The position numbers and the translations under genes were made by a program. A DNA stretch of 63,947 nt, counting the filler, from Welwitschia mirabilis (taxonomy: Eukaryota): assembly GCA_051453625.1 (NCBI GenBank). It is 4 parts of one record of this genome, joined end to end, with 100 filler letters (N's around TTAATTAATTAA, not from the genome) between each part and the next. Parts side by side here need not be neighbours in the genome. Positions count along the whole stretch, not along the records: positions 27,780 to 58,545 come from JBOZIK010000001.1; 3 more parts are not named here. The stretch is one strand, 5' to 3'. Numbering within the stretch: the stretch's first letter is position 1; each line of letters opens with the position of its first letter. Of the stretch, positions 39,869 through 53,284 are shown one piece after another. A model generated the notes under the pieces. That model worked only from the letters and a program-made list of their open reading frames with translations. It had not been told where the DNA came from and did not search any database.

Positions 39869-39933
39869 TTTCTAGGGATGATTGGAGTAGAGATTTGTTA
39901 AGATCTGTTACTCAACATTGCTCTGATACCAAT

Positions 39934-41181
39934 TGAAAGTAAAAGATCAATTCTAGATGGGGGTGAATAGGTCTTTAACAATCAATTTCCTTGTTCTTCA
40001 CAACCTATAAATAAGACAAATAGAAAAGCAATACAAAAATAAGATATTCGATGTTGGATAGACACCACCCTTTAGCTTCTTAGACTTCTTGTCCTTGGCT
40101 AGCATATATTAGCTTCCAATAATGGTTTTCAGGCTTACCAAATAACCTTTCACAACCACAGAGGATTTTATGGCTTATCCTCAACTAGAGATGAATGGAA
40201 AAAAGAAGAATGCACATATGTAAAGATATTTTCTCAAAGGTATAACAAGCTCTTCTTCTAAGTAGGTACAATGATAGATTCAATTAGAAATCTAAACTTA
40301 AAGCTAGCTCAGATATAATACCAAAAGAGTATGACATTTTTTCTTTTTCAATCTCAGATTTTTACAAGAAATCTTTATTGCCTCTTTTGATTAGAGGAGA
40401 GCTCAAATACAAAAGATGCATAAGGTAACTGTTTTATTAGGATGAACCGTTGTGCTTTTAATAAATCATTAAAATCATAATAGTTACATTTTTTCTTCAT
40501 ACGGTTAACCTTAACATAGTACTCAATCATCCGAACCTGCGGTTGCCCTTATTCCTAACATTTAGTTGCCCTTACTTGTTACAAATTTCTTAGTACAGAA
40601 CAAGTGTATATTTAGTTTCCCTTATGTTTATATGCAGTCGACCTTTATTCGGTCGCCCTGACATTCTTTACCCAGTCGACCTTATGAGGGTAGATTTTGA
40701 ACAGAATGCAGTCAATTGTAATCATGTCCTTCAGTCGCCCTTACATTTACTAGACTTAATCTTTACTGATTATCATGTAGTTACCCGTCTAAATTTAGTC
40801 GGTTACCCGTTTTGTTATCAGACTGAATTTTACATATTGCAATGCGGTCGCCCGTGTCCATTTAACAGTCACCCATGTTTTTCCTATTTCTTATACACAG
40901 GCTCAAATGGGGTTGCTCGAATAAGAGTTTTTGATCGCCCATTTTTGAACCAGTCTTCTTCCTGATGTGTTAGCTTAGTTTTTCAATCGGTCATTTTCTT
41001 AATCTATATCAGGTTGCTCGATGTTATGTGTGCGGTTTCCCAATTCTAAAGTAGTATCATAGTTCTTTAATAGGTCAGTCACCCAGTCTTAGGAGTCGGT
41101 CATCCTGTGCTGGGAAATCTCTGCATAATGGACTACCTATAAAAACTTGTTAAATTAATCAATGACAATGGGTTCTCAACA
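39934..41181 (-). repeat. 5' LTR of the Sirevirus (1248 bp)
   Basis: tgaaagtaaaagatcaa...gggttctcaaca. Adjacent to the PBS; flanked by TSD AGGTT. Confidence 0.92.
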
Positions 41182-44100
41182 AGGTTTATAAGTGAAGCAA
41201 CCATGCAAAAAAGAAAAAGAGAAGCTACAATTTTGCACAACAACCTTATGAGGATTATTCTACGTCCTATGAAAGATTTTTTATTACTGCCTCATTCAAT
41301 CCTATGGATGAGTTTCAAAGAGAACAACTTATTAACCACTTTTATAGTGGATTAAATAGCCAAATCAAGTAATTATTAAATTTTGCATGTGGTGAAAATT
41401 TACTCAACTTAATTTGGAGGATGATTATAAACTCTTGGAAGGATTGGTAAAAATTAGTTAAACATAGCCTAAATCAAATCTTAAGAAAGGTATAACTATA
41501 GGACGAATGTTAAAATACATAAAGAAAGTATAAGATGAAGAGTAAATTGGCCCTAGAAACCTAAATCAAGATCTTATCAACACATTAAAATGCTTATACC
41601 AAGGCCCTAGCTAATGCAAAAATGTTAAATCAATAACCTCAGCCTTCAACACTTTACTCTCATTATGATATATATGAAGAAAACTCCCATTACATCAAAG
41701 ACTGTCTTGCCTTATCAATATATAGAAAAATCATTCATAAATAAGGTTGTAAATTTAATCAAAAAACCTAATACTTTTAGAAACAATCATCCAACATTTA
41801 AACCCTATTTAATAATAGATATAAAGACAATAACTTATAGTCTAATAACTTCTTATCCACAACTTTCAACCTAATAACTTTTAATCTATCTCTTCCACCT
41901 ATACCAATAATGACTACCCTAGAGATTTAATTAAGGAGTTGAAGAAAATGCAAGAGTCCACTAATAAGAATATAGAGGCCACCAACAAGAATATGGAAAA
42001 CCTTATAGGCATATTTCAATAAACCATCTTAGGAAATTAAAGATCTCAAGGTTTTCTTATAATCCAAATCATTCCTAACCTAAATGATGTTAAAAAGGAT
42101 TAAAATATAGTGATAAGAGGAGGATATGATACAACTTTCAATAAAGAAGCTACCCCTCCTCACAACCAAAAAAATTAAACCTATGATAATGACATAAAAG
42201 TTCTTGATCAACCTAATTTTCCTTTAGCTCCTAGAAAAAATTCCAACCATAACACAATTAATGAAAACATAAGAAAGAAATATACAATCCTTGGCTAGAA
42301 ACATTAAAGACTAATCCTACTTATGATGATTATATTAAGACAATTATGCAAGATGTAAGCATTAATCTCCCTTTCTATAACATATTATAAGATAATCCTA
42401 AATACAACAAAATCTAAAAGGACTTAGCCAAGAGGGGAAAAACATATCAAGTAAGATAGTCATAGCGTAATTCCTTTCTAACTTAGTGGCACAAAAATGT
42501 TCAAAATTCAAAGATTAGGGCCTCCCATGGTTAGTGTTATCTCGAAAGAAAGCAAAAATGTCAAGAAAGCATTAATAGACATAGGATATAGTGTTAACAT
42601 TATGAAATTTCATATTTTCAAAAATTTTGGATTAGAAAATAGGATTTAATCAACAAAAATTAAAACTAGATGATACAACTATTAGAAAAAAATTGAAGTT
42701 ATTAAGGATATAGTCATATAAATTGAAGAAACCTTTTATCCTACGGATGTGATCATCACTAAGGTAGACTACAATGGAGGATATCCTTTACTCTTAGGGA
42801 GATCCTTCTATGCAATAGTCCATTTCATTATTGACACATGAACTGGAATGATGGAATACCATGTAGAGAATAAGACATTTATTATTCAAGTCTTTGATGT
42901 GACTAAAAATGATATGGAATATGATTCTGATCTTAATCAACAAATGAGACCCTCCATGATTATTAAATATCATCCTTTAGAATAAAGGCTCCTTATTTTA
43001 CACAACTCGACTTGATTCGATATTCTTTAAAAATGTAAAAAAAATCTTAGAAAGTCTTAATTCTTCTAATCCGTGTAATATTAATGGTAATCTTTTAAGT
43101 AAATACTTAAATAAGGGAATAGATGAAAACTTTAAATCCCTCATTAATCATAATGTTCAACATGATAAATAGATATAAAACCTCTTACATCAAAATGAAT
43201 TATGGCAAAAATAAGGGATAATTCTGATTTGAAACTTAAAGAATTACCAAATGGTTGAAATACATCTTTTTAAATAATGATCATTAGAAATCCTTGAACA
43301 TTAATGCATGTGTTCATCCTTCTCAACAAGAACCATTACTTTAACTTCTGAATTCTAAAACCCATGCCTTTACTTGGACTCACAAAGATCTTTCAACCAT
43401 TTATTCTTTTATTGTTTAACATAAACTTTATGTAGAAGATAATGCCAAATCATTAGAGAATCATAAAGGAGGCTTAACCATATCCTTAAGCAACTATTAA
43501 AATAATAAATCATCAAACTTATAGATGCAAGAACCATTTATGTCATTTCTAATAGTGAATCGGTTAGTCCTATTATTATAGTACCTAAAGAGGATAAAAA
43601 GTGATGAGTTTGCATTGATTTTAGAAATCTTAATGATGTCATTAGGAAATATCATTATCCCTTGCCATGTATAGATCAAATTCTTAATAGAATCCAAAGC
43701 CATGTATATTTCATTTCATTCTTAATGGATATAGTGGTTACAATTAAATATACATAGTTAATGAAGAATAAGTCAAGCCAACTTTCGCATCCTATTTTGG
43801 TATCTTTGCCTTTGGAAAAATGTCCTTTAATTTATGTAATGCACTTAAAACCTTTTAATAAAAATATTCATGGATGAATTTACTATTTCTAAGAACTCCT
43901 TTAAGTAACCTTAGAGAGATTGAAAAATTTCCTTCACTGATGCATAGAAAGTGGCCTTCATCTTAGTTGGGAAAAGAATTACTTCTTAGTGAGGGATGAG
44001 AGATGGAATAGTTCTAGGTTACTACATCTATAATAATGATATTCAAATGAACCCTACTAAGATAGACATCATTAAAAACCTCCCTCCTCCAACCAATGTA

Positions 44101-47100
44101 AAACAAATCAGGTCTTTTATTAGTCATGCTAGTTTTTATTAAAGATTCATTAAGGACTATGTGAAAATTTGTAAATCCCTTCATTCTCTCTTAAAAAAGA
44201 TGTTAAACTTGATTAGAAAGAGTATTTTTTATATGCCTTTAAAAATATTAAAGACAAGATTATTTTAGCACCTATTGTAGGAGGACCTAATCGGAATAAA
44301 AACTTTAAACTTATGTGTGATGCAAGTAATATTAGTATAGGTGGTGTGTTAGAACAAAAACATGAGAAGAGTTACAAATTTATTTGCTATATTAATGAAA
44401 CCCTTTAAGAAGATCAAATTAATTATACCACTATTTAAAAATAAATTCTTGCTATCATCTTTTGTCTTGATAAATTTTGACACTATCTTCTTGGTTTTCA
44501 TACTAATGTCTATATTGATCATGCTATCATTTGATATCTAATGATCAATAAAGATTCTACTCTAATAATTATTAGACACGTATTGTTAATGGAAGAATTT
44601 AACTTAACTTTTATTGATAAAGAAGGAAANNNNNNNNNNNNNNNNNNNNNNNNNNNNNNNATCCCTTATGAACAACATCTTCTACACTTTTCTTCATAAC
44701 TTCCTATCCAAGACAATTTTCCAAATGAGAAAGATTTTTTCATTGCATAATTTTATTTCATCTCTTCTAAACACCCTCCTTCATGGTATGCTAATATTGT
44801 CAATTATCTTATCACATTGAAAACTCCCCAACATTGAACTCACAATTAAAGAAAATCTTTTCTTCATAGAATAGAAGACTATGAGTGATATGAACCATAC
44901 CTCTATTGAAAATGTAAGGTTCAAATCATGTGTAAATGTGTGTTAGAATGGAAACAATCTAATAACCTTATCCTTTGTTATGGTGGTGTGTGTAGAGATC
45001 ATTTTAGTGGCTAAAAGCATTCTATGAAAATCCTTCATGCAGGATTCCATTGGCCTACTCTATTTTAAAGATTTATTTAGCTTTATGAAAAAATGTGATG
45101 CTTGTCAACATTTTGGTAGCCTTTCCAACTCTCAAGACATGCCCTTCAAACCTATCTTAGAATGTCAGCCTTTCAATTATTAGGGTATAGACTTTATAGG
45201 CCTTCTTACACCATCTTTCTGTAATAAAAATTACATCCTAATGGCTGTGGATTATGTAACCAAATGAGTAGAATCCATTCCTATAATTACAAATGATGCC
45301 AGAACCATATGTTCTTTTCTAATATTTTCCATAGGTGTTACTTTCCTAAAATCTTGATTAGTTACGAAGGCACTTATTTTATAAATATGATTCTTAGGAA
45401 AATCCTTCTTTCTATAGGAATTTAGCATAGAATAACCAATGCTTATCATTCTCAAATCAATGGTCAAGTTAAAAAACTAATCTTCTAAAATAATAAGTTT
45501 TCATCTTTCAAACTTCATGATGCACCTTGGGCTTACTATACTATTTGGTGTAATTAACTTGGTATTTCTCCTTATGAATTTATGTATAGTAAAGCTTGTG
45601 TTTTTCCCATTGATGTGTGTTATAACTCTTATAAAATCATCCATCAACGTAATGTCATAAATTTTGATGATAATAGTCAATTCATGCTAGTTCAACTTCA
45701 ACATCATGATGAGAAATGGAATTATTCTATTCATTGACAACTCATCTAAAAAGCTCAAGTTAAATTATACCATGATAAAAAGATTATTTCTAAATCATTT
45801 TAACTTGATTAATTGGTTTTATTATTCAATACCTAGGTGCATCTTATTCATGATGAATTGACTTCTAAATGGCTATGTTCTTATTGAATAGAAAAATTTT
45901 ATCTTAATGGCTTTGTTGAGATTTCCAACTTAAACACTCATAAAATATTAAAAGTAAATGGACAACAACTGAAGTTATATTAATCACCTAATGGTTTCAT
46001 TATCCCATGAATATGATTGATAAAATTAACTTAGATGATCTTCTTACCTAAGAGGGATATCTTCCCTTTATCATTATATAAATAGTTTCTTAGTCAAATT
46101 CCTTGGTTGAATTATCTTATTATTTGATCATCTACTAACTTGTTTTGGTGTTATATTGCATATACGTTTTTATGAAATTAATTATTTACTTTAGGTGTTT
46201 AAAATGATAAATATTGAATTTTAGCCAATTTGAGACATTCTCATCTCTATGAACTCTAATATCTAATGATATTTTTTTCTTAATTATTAGTTGTGTTAAA
46301 TCAAATGCTAACCCATAACTTTGTACTTGGTTAATTTATTATTTCAATGATCTATCAATGTTTCAAAAAGGGGATCATATACAATAGGAAAAAAAAGGCA
46401 ACAAAAGATAAAGTTTCTAAAATAAATTTCATGATGTCTTACCATAAGCATACTGGGGTAAATTTTCCTAGGATGACCTTTAACAGTATGGAATCGTAGC
46501 TATGAAAACTTCACCAAAGAGTTAGTTGACCATGATCTAGTTTTTAACTTGCAGGTCCTTACTCTTTTGGCAGTGGTTACACTTCCCTCATTATGATGAA
46601 TGGTGTTTTTCAATGCCTTATTGACTTGCTTCCCATAATTCTAGAGCCATGACTTCATGAGCATGATAGAACATATTGATCATTGAATGATATATTAGCA
46701 AAGTTTCATTGTTTCTTTAGCAGATGAGTGGATTGATTTTAGTCCAGAGATTACATTAATACTTTACAAATGAATCATTTGATATTACTAAAATCATTTT
46801 TCCTATCAGATAAGGCTTATTATTATTTAATACTTAATTATACATCTTTAATATCAAGCAATTCTATGATGAACACTATCGGGTCTAGTTCAATTAGTAT
46901 TTAGAATAAAATAGTTAATATTCTTCATATACCTTCATGTTTATTTATATTTTTCATCTTCTTGAGTGTTTTTACTTAGATATATTAAAGCCATTTTTGT
47001 ATTTTACTCCCATCTTAACAGGACCTACACCTTTNNNNNNNNNNNNNNNNNNNNNNNNNNNNNNNNNNNNNNNNNNNNNNNNNNNNNNNNNNNNNNNNNN

Positions 47101-47134
47101 NNNNNNNNNNNNNNNNNNNNNNNNNNNNNNNNNN

Positions 47135-49583
47135 GATAAAACGTTCATAAGCTGTTGCATAATCCTCGTGAAGTTGTTGAAAATTGGTTACCTCCTTTCT
47201 TCTTTTTCTCATGGAACTTTCACACAAAAATCATTTGATGAACACTTCTTGCACTTGACTCCAAGATTTAAGACTTTTATGTGGAATAGTTTTAAGCCAA
47301 ACTTTTACCCTTCCTCGAAGTGTGACTAGAAAAATAATCATATAGGTACAGTCACTAATATGTTTCTTCCCATTTCCCAAGGTAAGCACAAGTTGTTCAA
47401 TGTCAGCCAAATGTTGGAAAGGATCTTCTTCAGGCTCCCTCGAAAAAGTTGGATATGCACTTAAATTTCTTAATTCTACATCATCTCCCGAAGGTAGATC
47501 AAAGGGATTTTGGATTTTATTGGCAATTAAATCTCTAAGGGTAACGTTTACATTCGAGGAAGAAGTTCCTATTATGATTGGGGTATTAGATGAAGCAACT
47601 TGCTTTCGTTTTTGCGATGATTTCGATACATTCGACATATTTGAAGAGGAAATGACATGATCTACTTCTATACTACAACTTTCTTTTGAAAAATTTGATT
47701 CTAAAACAATAAAAGTAGAAAAATCTTCTTCTTCAATTCTGGGAATTTGTGTACCTGGAATGTGCGTACCTGAATTTAGCTCGAAGTCGAATGATCCTTC
47801 TCTGATGTTTTCTTCAATCAAGCTCTACTCTCTCTAATATTTCGTCTTTCCACCAGAATTCACCACGTCCCTACATGCTCAAACAGCAAACAAAAACCGA
47901 AATCAAAACAATAGAATGTCGTCCACCTGGTCATGGGGACAAGAAGGAGGACGACCATCACAGTAACAGAAAACCGAAACTCAAAAAAATTACCGAAAGC
48001 AAAAAACCAGACTATTGTCTAGGCTGTCGTGGGGACGACAAAGAAGACGACAATACCTTTATTATCGTACTATGAATAGAAGGAAAATTGTGAAAGCAGA
48101 AAATAATTTCAAAGTTTTAGAACTGTCGTGCCCAATCTCGTTGGGACGACAGAGAGGACTACAAAGATCCTAAAAACTACATAAAAATTACTGAAATAAA
48201 CCTACTCTAAGTTACACTAAAAATACAGCACTAATTCAAATAAATAACCTGAACAAAAAATTCAAGGTACTTATCTGGTTAGTGACAATTCTCCAGCTCC
48301 TTGCGGCCTTCCTCGGCAATGGCGCCAAAATGTTATGGTGTGAATTTATGTAATCCTTAAATCCTTTAGGTAAACCTGTAAATCAAATTACTTGCAGAAA
48401 AACACACACTAGTATAGACGGAAGTTCACCCGAATGTTGTCATCACAACGAAAGCACTAGGCTCAGAGTTAGAAGATTGATTTCCAAAGGTATTTTTAAT
48501 CTTTTTATCTTTTAATAACTAAAAGTAAATAACAAAGTAAAATGCAATGCAACGTGAATAGAGATGAAATGCAAATGGATGTGGAATGGATTCTATTGGA
48601 TCTAGTTCTGCTGTCACAAGAACTAGCTTCTCTATGATTCAAATCAATTAGAAGAGTACTTTACTTGTTCCTAATCAATGTGAACTATGAGATATAACAA
48701 ATAGAATATGGAATGCAATGTGGAACGAAAATGAAATAAACAATGCAAATCTAAACTAACTAAATCAACCCTGACAAAGGTTGCCTTTATGATCAAAATA
48801 AATTACAGAATCGTCACTTAAACTATAACCAACTTAAACCATAAAGGAGATAAACAGAATTGGAATGAAAAAAGTAATTGCATTGATTCATAGAACTTTA
48901 CATCCATTTACAATAAAGTAGTAGCACCTCAATGGAAGAGATTCAGCCTAACACCAAGGGAACTTCTCTCTGTAGCTACTGGATGGACCTCTTGTCCTTC
49001 AATCTTCTGTAACAAACATATTGAGTACAACAGATGATGGAAATAGAACTAAAGAAGGGGAAGGGTATTTATAGTTTTACATTTAAGTTTTAGAAGCTTA
49101 ACCCTAAGAGTCAACAAAGAAACCCTAACAGCCCAAATGGGTCGCACGGCCCCATTACAAATATAATTCTTTCCGACCATAGAAAAGCAGCTATCCTCCT
49201 GGCTGTCGTGAGGACGATAGAGGGGACATCACTCTACATCAAAAGGTACTCCATCAGCTTCAGGCCCTGCTGTCAACCTCGCAGCTTCTGTCCATGTTAG
49301 TAATGTTGTCGTCTTGCCTGTCGTGCGGACGATAGAGGGGACAACAGGCTTCCTTATCTCCAATCTCAAAGGTAAATCAGTCTTCAGCATAGTATATTCT
49401 TCTTCCGAAGTATGAAGTGTCGGGATACGCATAAGTAGCCCCCAAATATGCTAAAAATCACATGTTCCAGTAATCATCCTATCGGTTCTTCCTAATCATC
49501 AGTATTGCTTCCAAACCTGTATAAATGTCCTGCAAAAGTACTCAAAATACACCATTAAATTCCTGCAAATTGGCATTGCAACA
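47135..49583 (-). mobile_element. Younger Athila-family element: 5' LTR, PBS, 5' UTR and start of gag
   Basis: LTR 48331-49583 (minus-strand TGTTGCAATG...CACCATAACA). Athila-type PBS rc ttttggcgccattgccgagga at 48310-48330. gag ORF 47231-47821 (EEDPFQHL...VWLKTIPHKSLKSWSQVQEVFIK). Truncated by a gap. Confidence 0.88.
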
Positions 49584-51806
49584 AATATCAAGTAGTTCTA
49601 TGATAAAACCATTAAGTCTAGTCCAATTAGTATTTAGGGTAAGGTAGTAAGTTTTTTTCATATACCTTTGTTTATTTGTATTTTTCATCTTCTTGAGTGT
49701 TTTTACTTGGACATATCAAAGCCATTTTCACTTTTTACTCCTATCTTTAATAGGACCTACACCTTTTTAGCTTGTCATTATCTCTAGTTCTTTGGCCTTT
49801 GCTTGACAATACTCTTGCTCTTATCATTGACCATTAGTTTCATCTTTGTCTTACTTTTTAACTCACCAAGTGTAATCGCTTTACTTTTTTTCTTTTTTTT
49901 TCTTTTACTTTTAAGTTTGTATTTTTTTGCTTTGTTTTTTTTATTTTACATCCCTTAAAACTTTTAACTTATTCCTCCTGATTATCACATGTCAAACTTA
50001 ATTAAAATTTCAGACAAGTTTATCTACTTCATGGGGGATGGAATCTTTGGAATCATTAAAATATTGGCTTGAATTGAAACAAATTTGTATATTAAAAATA
50101 TGTTTCTTTTACATTTAATGTATATATTTCTTATGACATTTAATTAGAATATCTTTTTGTTATGTTAAAATGAGATGCACTCTATGTTTGACAATGTAAA
50201 GATCCTTTATACTTCACTATATATTCTTATTTATTTATCAATTTGTCTTGCTTCTATTCTTTTTCACTTGCTTTGTTAAGGACTAACAGATGTTTGATGG
50301 GAGGGTATGTTATGAAACCAATTTGACATATTTAACAGTTTTATTGAAGTATGATTATAGGTATATTTAATAGGTTTCTAAGTAAATTTCAAGATCCATC
50401 AAGATGATTACATGAAGCATCAATTTATGATACTATAAACCTTTTCTTGATAGATTTCAAAGTACCTAACCTACCTAAAGCAACAGAAGAATCAAAAGAG
50501 AAAAAAAAAGGTGTCATCTACCTTGTCATTCAAATGAGCAGAATGCATAAATAGTAATATTATTTTTTTACTAATAGTCATCCCCCTAGTCATCTAGTTG
50601 ACATCTAAAGGACAACAACCATTTATAATGCAAAATCACATTTTGAAGAGGGCTATGAAGGATAATAAAGTATACCCTTAAATTCAACTACTCCAGAAGA
50701 TATTGGAATGTGTCAATAAACTTAGAATTCATGATCAAAATTAGAATAACACTTGATCTTAATCAATGTACTTGTTAAGCATGAAGAGAGGTCAGTTCTA
50801 GCAGAAGATAAATTAAAAATCCAAGAGAAATTCTACTTATGACCATTAATGTAAAGAAGGTTTTCAAAAGGGTTGTCATCCACCTGGTCATCCAAATGAT
50901 AATCAAGGATAACTAGTAGAAACGGAAGAAATAGAAATGTTCATTTAACACTAACAATTATCCACCCCATCGTCTAAACAACACCAGAGGAATGACACTC
51001 AATCGTTTTCACCATGAAGGCACATGAAGGACAAACAACCATTAGAAATGAAGATCGCATATCATCCACTTCGTTATCCAGATGACACCAATGTTGACGA
51101 CAACTCTAATGAATGCAAAATGTATTTCGTCTGTTAATAAATCAATGATATAATTCTGTTACTACTTCTTAATGACCCTAAGTGTCAATCCAAAAGTATA
51201 AATACCCCTCTTAGATTCCTTATTTCTCATCGTTTATGCATTAATTATTCTTGTAATGAATTAGAGTTAAATTAAGCAAGGGATCCATCTAGCTTACAAG
51301 CGAAGCTTACCTTGGTGTATGATTGTATTTCCTCCATTGAGAAGTAACTACTTTTAAATGGATGTAAGAACATTGTAATTAATAAAAGATGATTTTGTTT
51401 CTTCTAATTTCTCTCTTATGTTCTCTATATGTTATGTCGAAATCAATTTAATTTCATAAACATTAACTGTGATTTTGATATAGTGTATGAGGGTCAACTT
51501 GAGTGACACAAGTTGGTAAACTTAGTTAGTGATTGCATTGAAGTTTGCATTTCATCTGTGGATTCCTTCATTACATTTCATCCATCATTGCATTTTCACT
51601 CATTTATCATTCTGAAATTAGAATAGAGAATAATTTCAATTCCTTTTTCATTGAAGCAAAGTTCCATACATACTTTCAAATTCCTCTCTAGAGTACAACA
51701 TTTGAGATGACTCTGTATACTAGTGTGTTTTATGTGCATTAGATACTTAACATTATAGGCTATCATTAAAGATCATTACTTAAAGAAAATAAGCACACGA
51801 TGCACA
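49584..51806 (+). mobile_element. Athila-like 3' end: 3' non-coding region, PPT and 3' LTR (~50308-51806)
   Basis: aaggactaacagatgtttgatgggagggta|TGTTATGAAACC PPT/LTR junction at 50308. 50765-51790 is homologous to 30148-31160. Right boundary approximate. Confidence 0.75.
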
Positions 51807-53284
51807 TTCCAATAGGCTTACAATTATATTTTTGATCTTATTGTTGTTCAATTCAAACTCCTTTGTAACAAGCTTTATCATTCTTACTTTATCTTCACAA
51901 CAAAAGTCTTTTCACTAATGATAACCATATTGGATGTGATGTAGGATAACAACTTTCTAGGTTGAGTAGTTCTAGTCTTACTTTCTATTTGCAGTATTTG
52001 ATATTCATATCAAGATGTTATAGCACATTATAATGCAAATAAAAAAGGAATGTATAATGTAGAGAAGGTGGAAGTAAGTGGAATTAAGAAACATAATAAG
52101 TGAATGAACAATGAATGACAACTCTTACAATATATCATGGTTAATTTATAACTGATGACTAATAGATTTATTATCTTATATAATAATTATTATACACATG
52201 TCTTATTTTCTCCATCCACACTTCCATGCTGGCAACCATCATTAATTATATCTTTTTATTTTGAATATCTATTTTATCCATGTTTCGATTTATGAGATTT
52301 TTTAGGCTTTTATTCCTAGTTCTTCCTTTTTGATCTATAGAGTTTATTTATGTTGTATGTAAATTTGACATAGTTGATATTAATATAGAACTTTTTATTT
52401 TGGTTCCAAGACACCCTTATAAGACTACATATAAGATTCTCCTTTTTCATAGGACATATTTATGCCACTATAAAAATACCTAACAACATGAATTGAAAAC
52501 TCCAATTACTCTACTATAGGTACTTAAAATTACACTGGTAAATGGCTTAGCCTTTCAACATATCATAAGTTGTAAGAATGCTATACTTACAAACCAAAAA
52601 TCAAGAATTAGATGGGGAGATGTTGAACTCGAAAGTTTTAGTAATTACACCTCTCCCTCTGGAGTACATCCACCACGATTGCCTAAAGAAATGATTTAAT
52701 TACACTCATAGTCCCACAGTATGTCAACCAAGCCATCCAACCATAACCCCATTACTAGAGGACAAATATCCTAATAAGTAAATTATATTTATTGATAAAA
52801 ATAAAAATGAATAAAAATAGTGCAATCATAAAACATAATATGATTATACGAGCTCTTCTATGCACATAAATAAGTGAAGAAACCAAACAAATTATAATGA
52901 TACATTAAAAAAAGCTTCTTGTAAACGATATTGCATAAAAGAACCATTGATTTGGTTTTCCTTACTATAAAATTAGTAACAACTAATTTGCCCTTTGAGT
53001 CCACAAGGGGACTGTGCATGCAAATATGCATAGATCTAAAGAGATCCTCCTAAAGACACACTTTTGCATAAAGAAGATGCCACCGTACCATAATTCATGT
53101 GACATGTCCTTAACTTTAATGCGCTGACGTGTCCACTTTTTAACCCCCCACGACAAGGACGTCCATTGCGATGCATGCGTGCATGCCTGCATGAGCATGA
53201 TGATAACAATAACCTCAAACAATTAACACCGTATCTATACGTATGCATACAAAATCCTACCAAATCAGGTTGACGGAAGAACCC

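Larger units (their letters stand above)
31515..41181 (-). mobile_element. Full-length degenerate Sirevirus (Ty1/copia SIRE/Maximus) with env-like ORF
   Basis: Two homologous LTRs (31515-32817 and 39934-41181, TG...CA). 5-bp TSD AGGTT at 31510-31514 and 41182-41186. PBS gctctgatacca 39920-39931 (tRNA-iMet). PPT aactccccct from 32818. gag from 39868, protease WYSDSGCSRHMTG, integrase WFWAEALN..KTPYELW, RT YVNDIIFGST, RNase H TKHIDIRYHFI. Confidence 0.95.
30148..47034 (+). mobile_element. Athila-like Ty3/gypsy element (partial 5' LTR, gag-pol pseudogene), interrupted by a Sirevirus
   Basis: LTR part 30148-~31160 is homologous to 50765-51790. gag at ~31180-31514 continues at 41187 (...EVQDSFIKR|FISEATMQKRKRE). 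Protease KALIDIGYSVNIM ~42568. RT DGYSGYN/MSFNLCNA/IFMDEF ~43725-43880. RNase H LMCDAS ~44310. Integrase WPTL, CDACQ, GIDFIGL, KVNGQQLK ~45050-45980. Many stops. Confidence 0.85.

Noticed and set aside
39920-39931. tRNA gene
   Set aside because: Only a 12-nt primer-binding site complementary to the tRNA-iMet 3' end; no tRNA or rRNA gene was seen in the window.
30148-51806. Single intact Athila element with paired LTRs
   Set aside because: The duplicated, diverged segments 46850-47034 and 49584-49765 across a gap indicate two different copies, and no TSD is visible.
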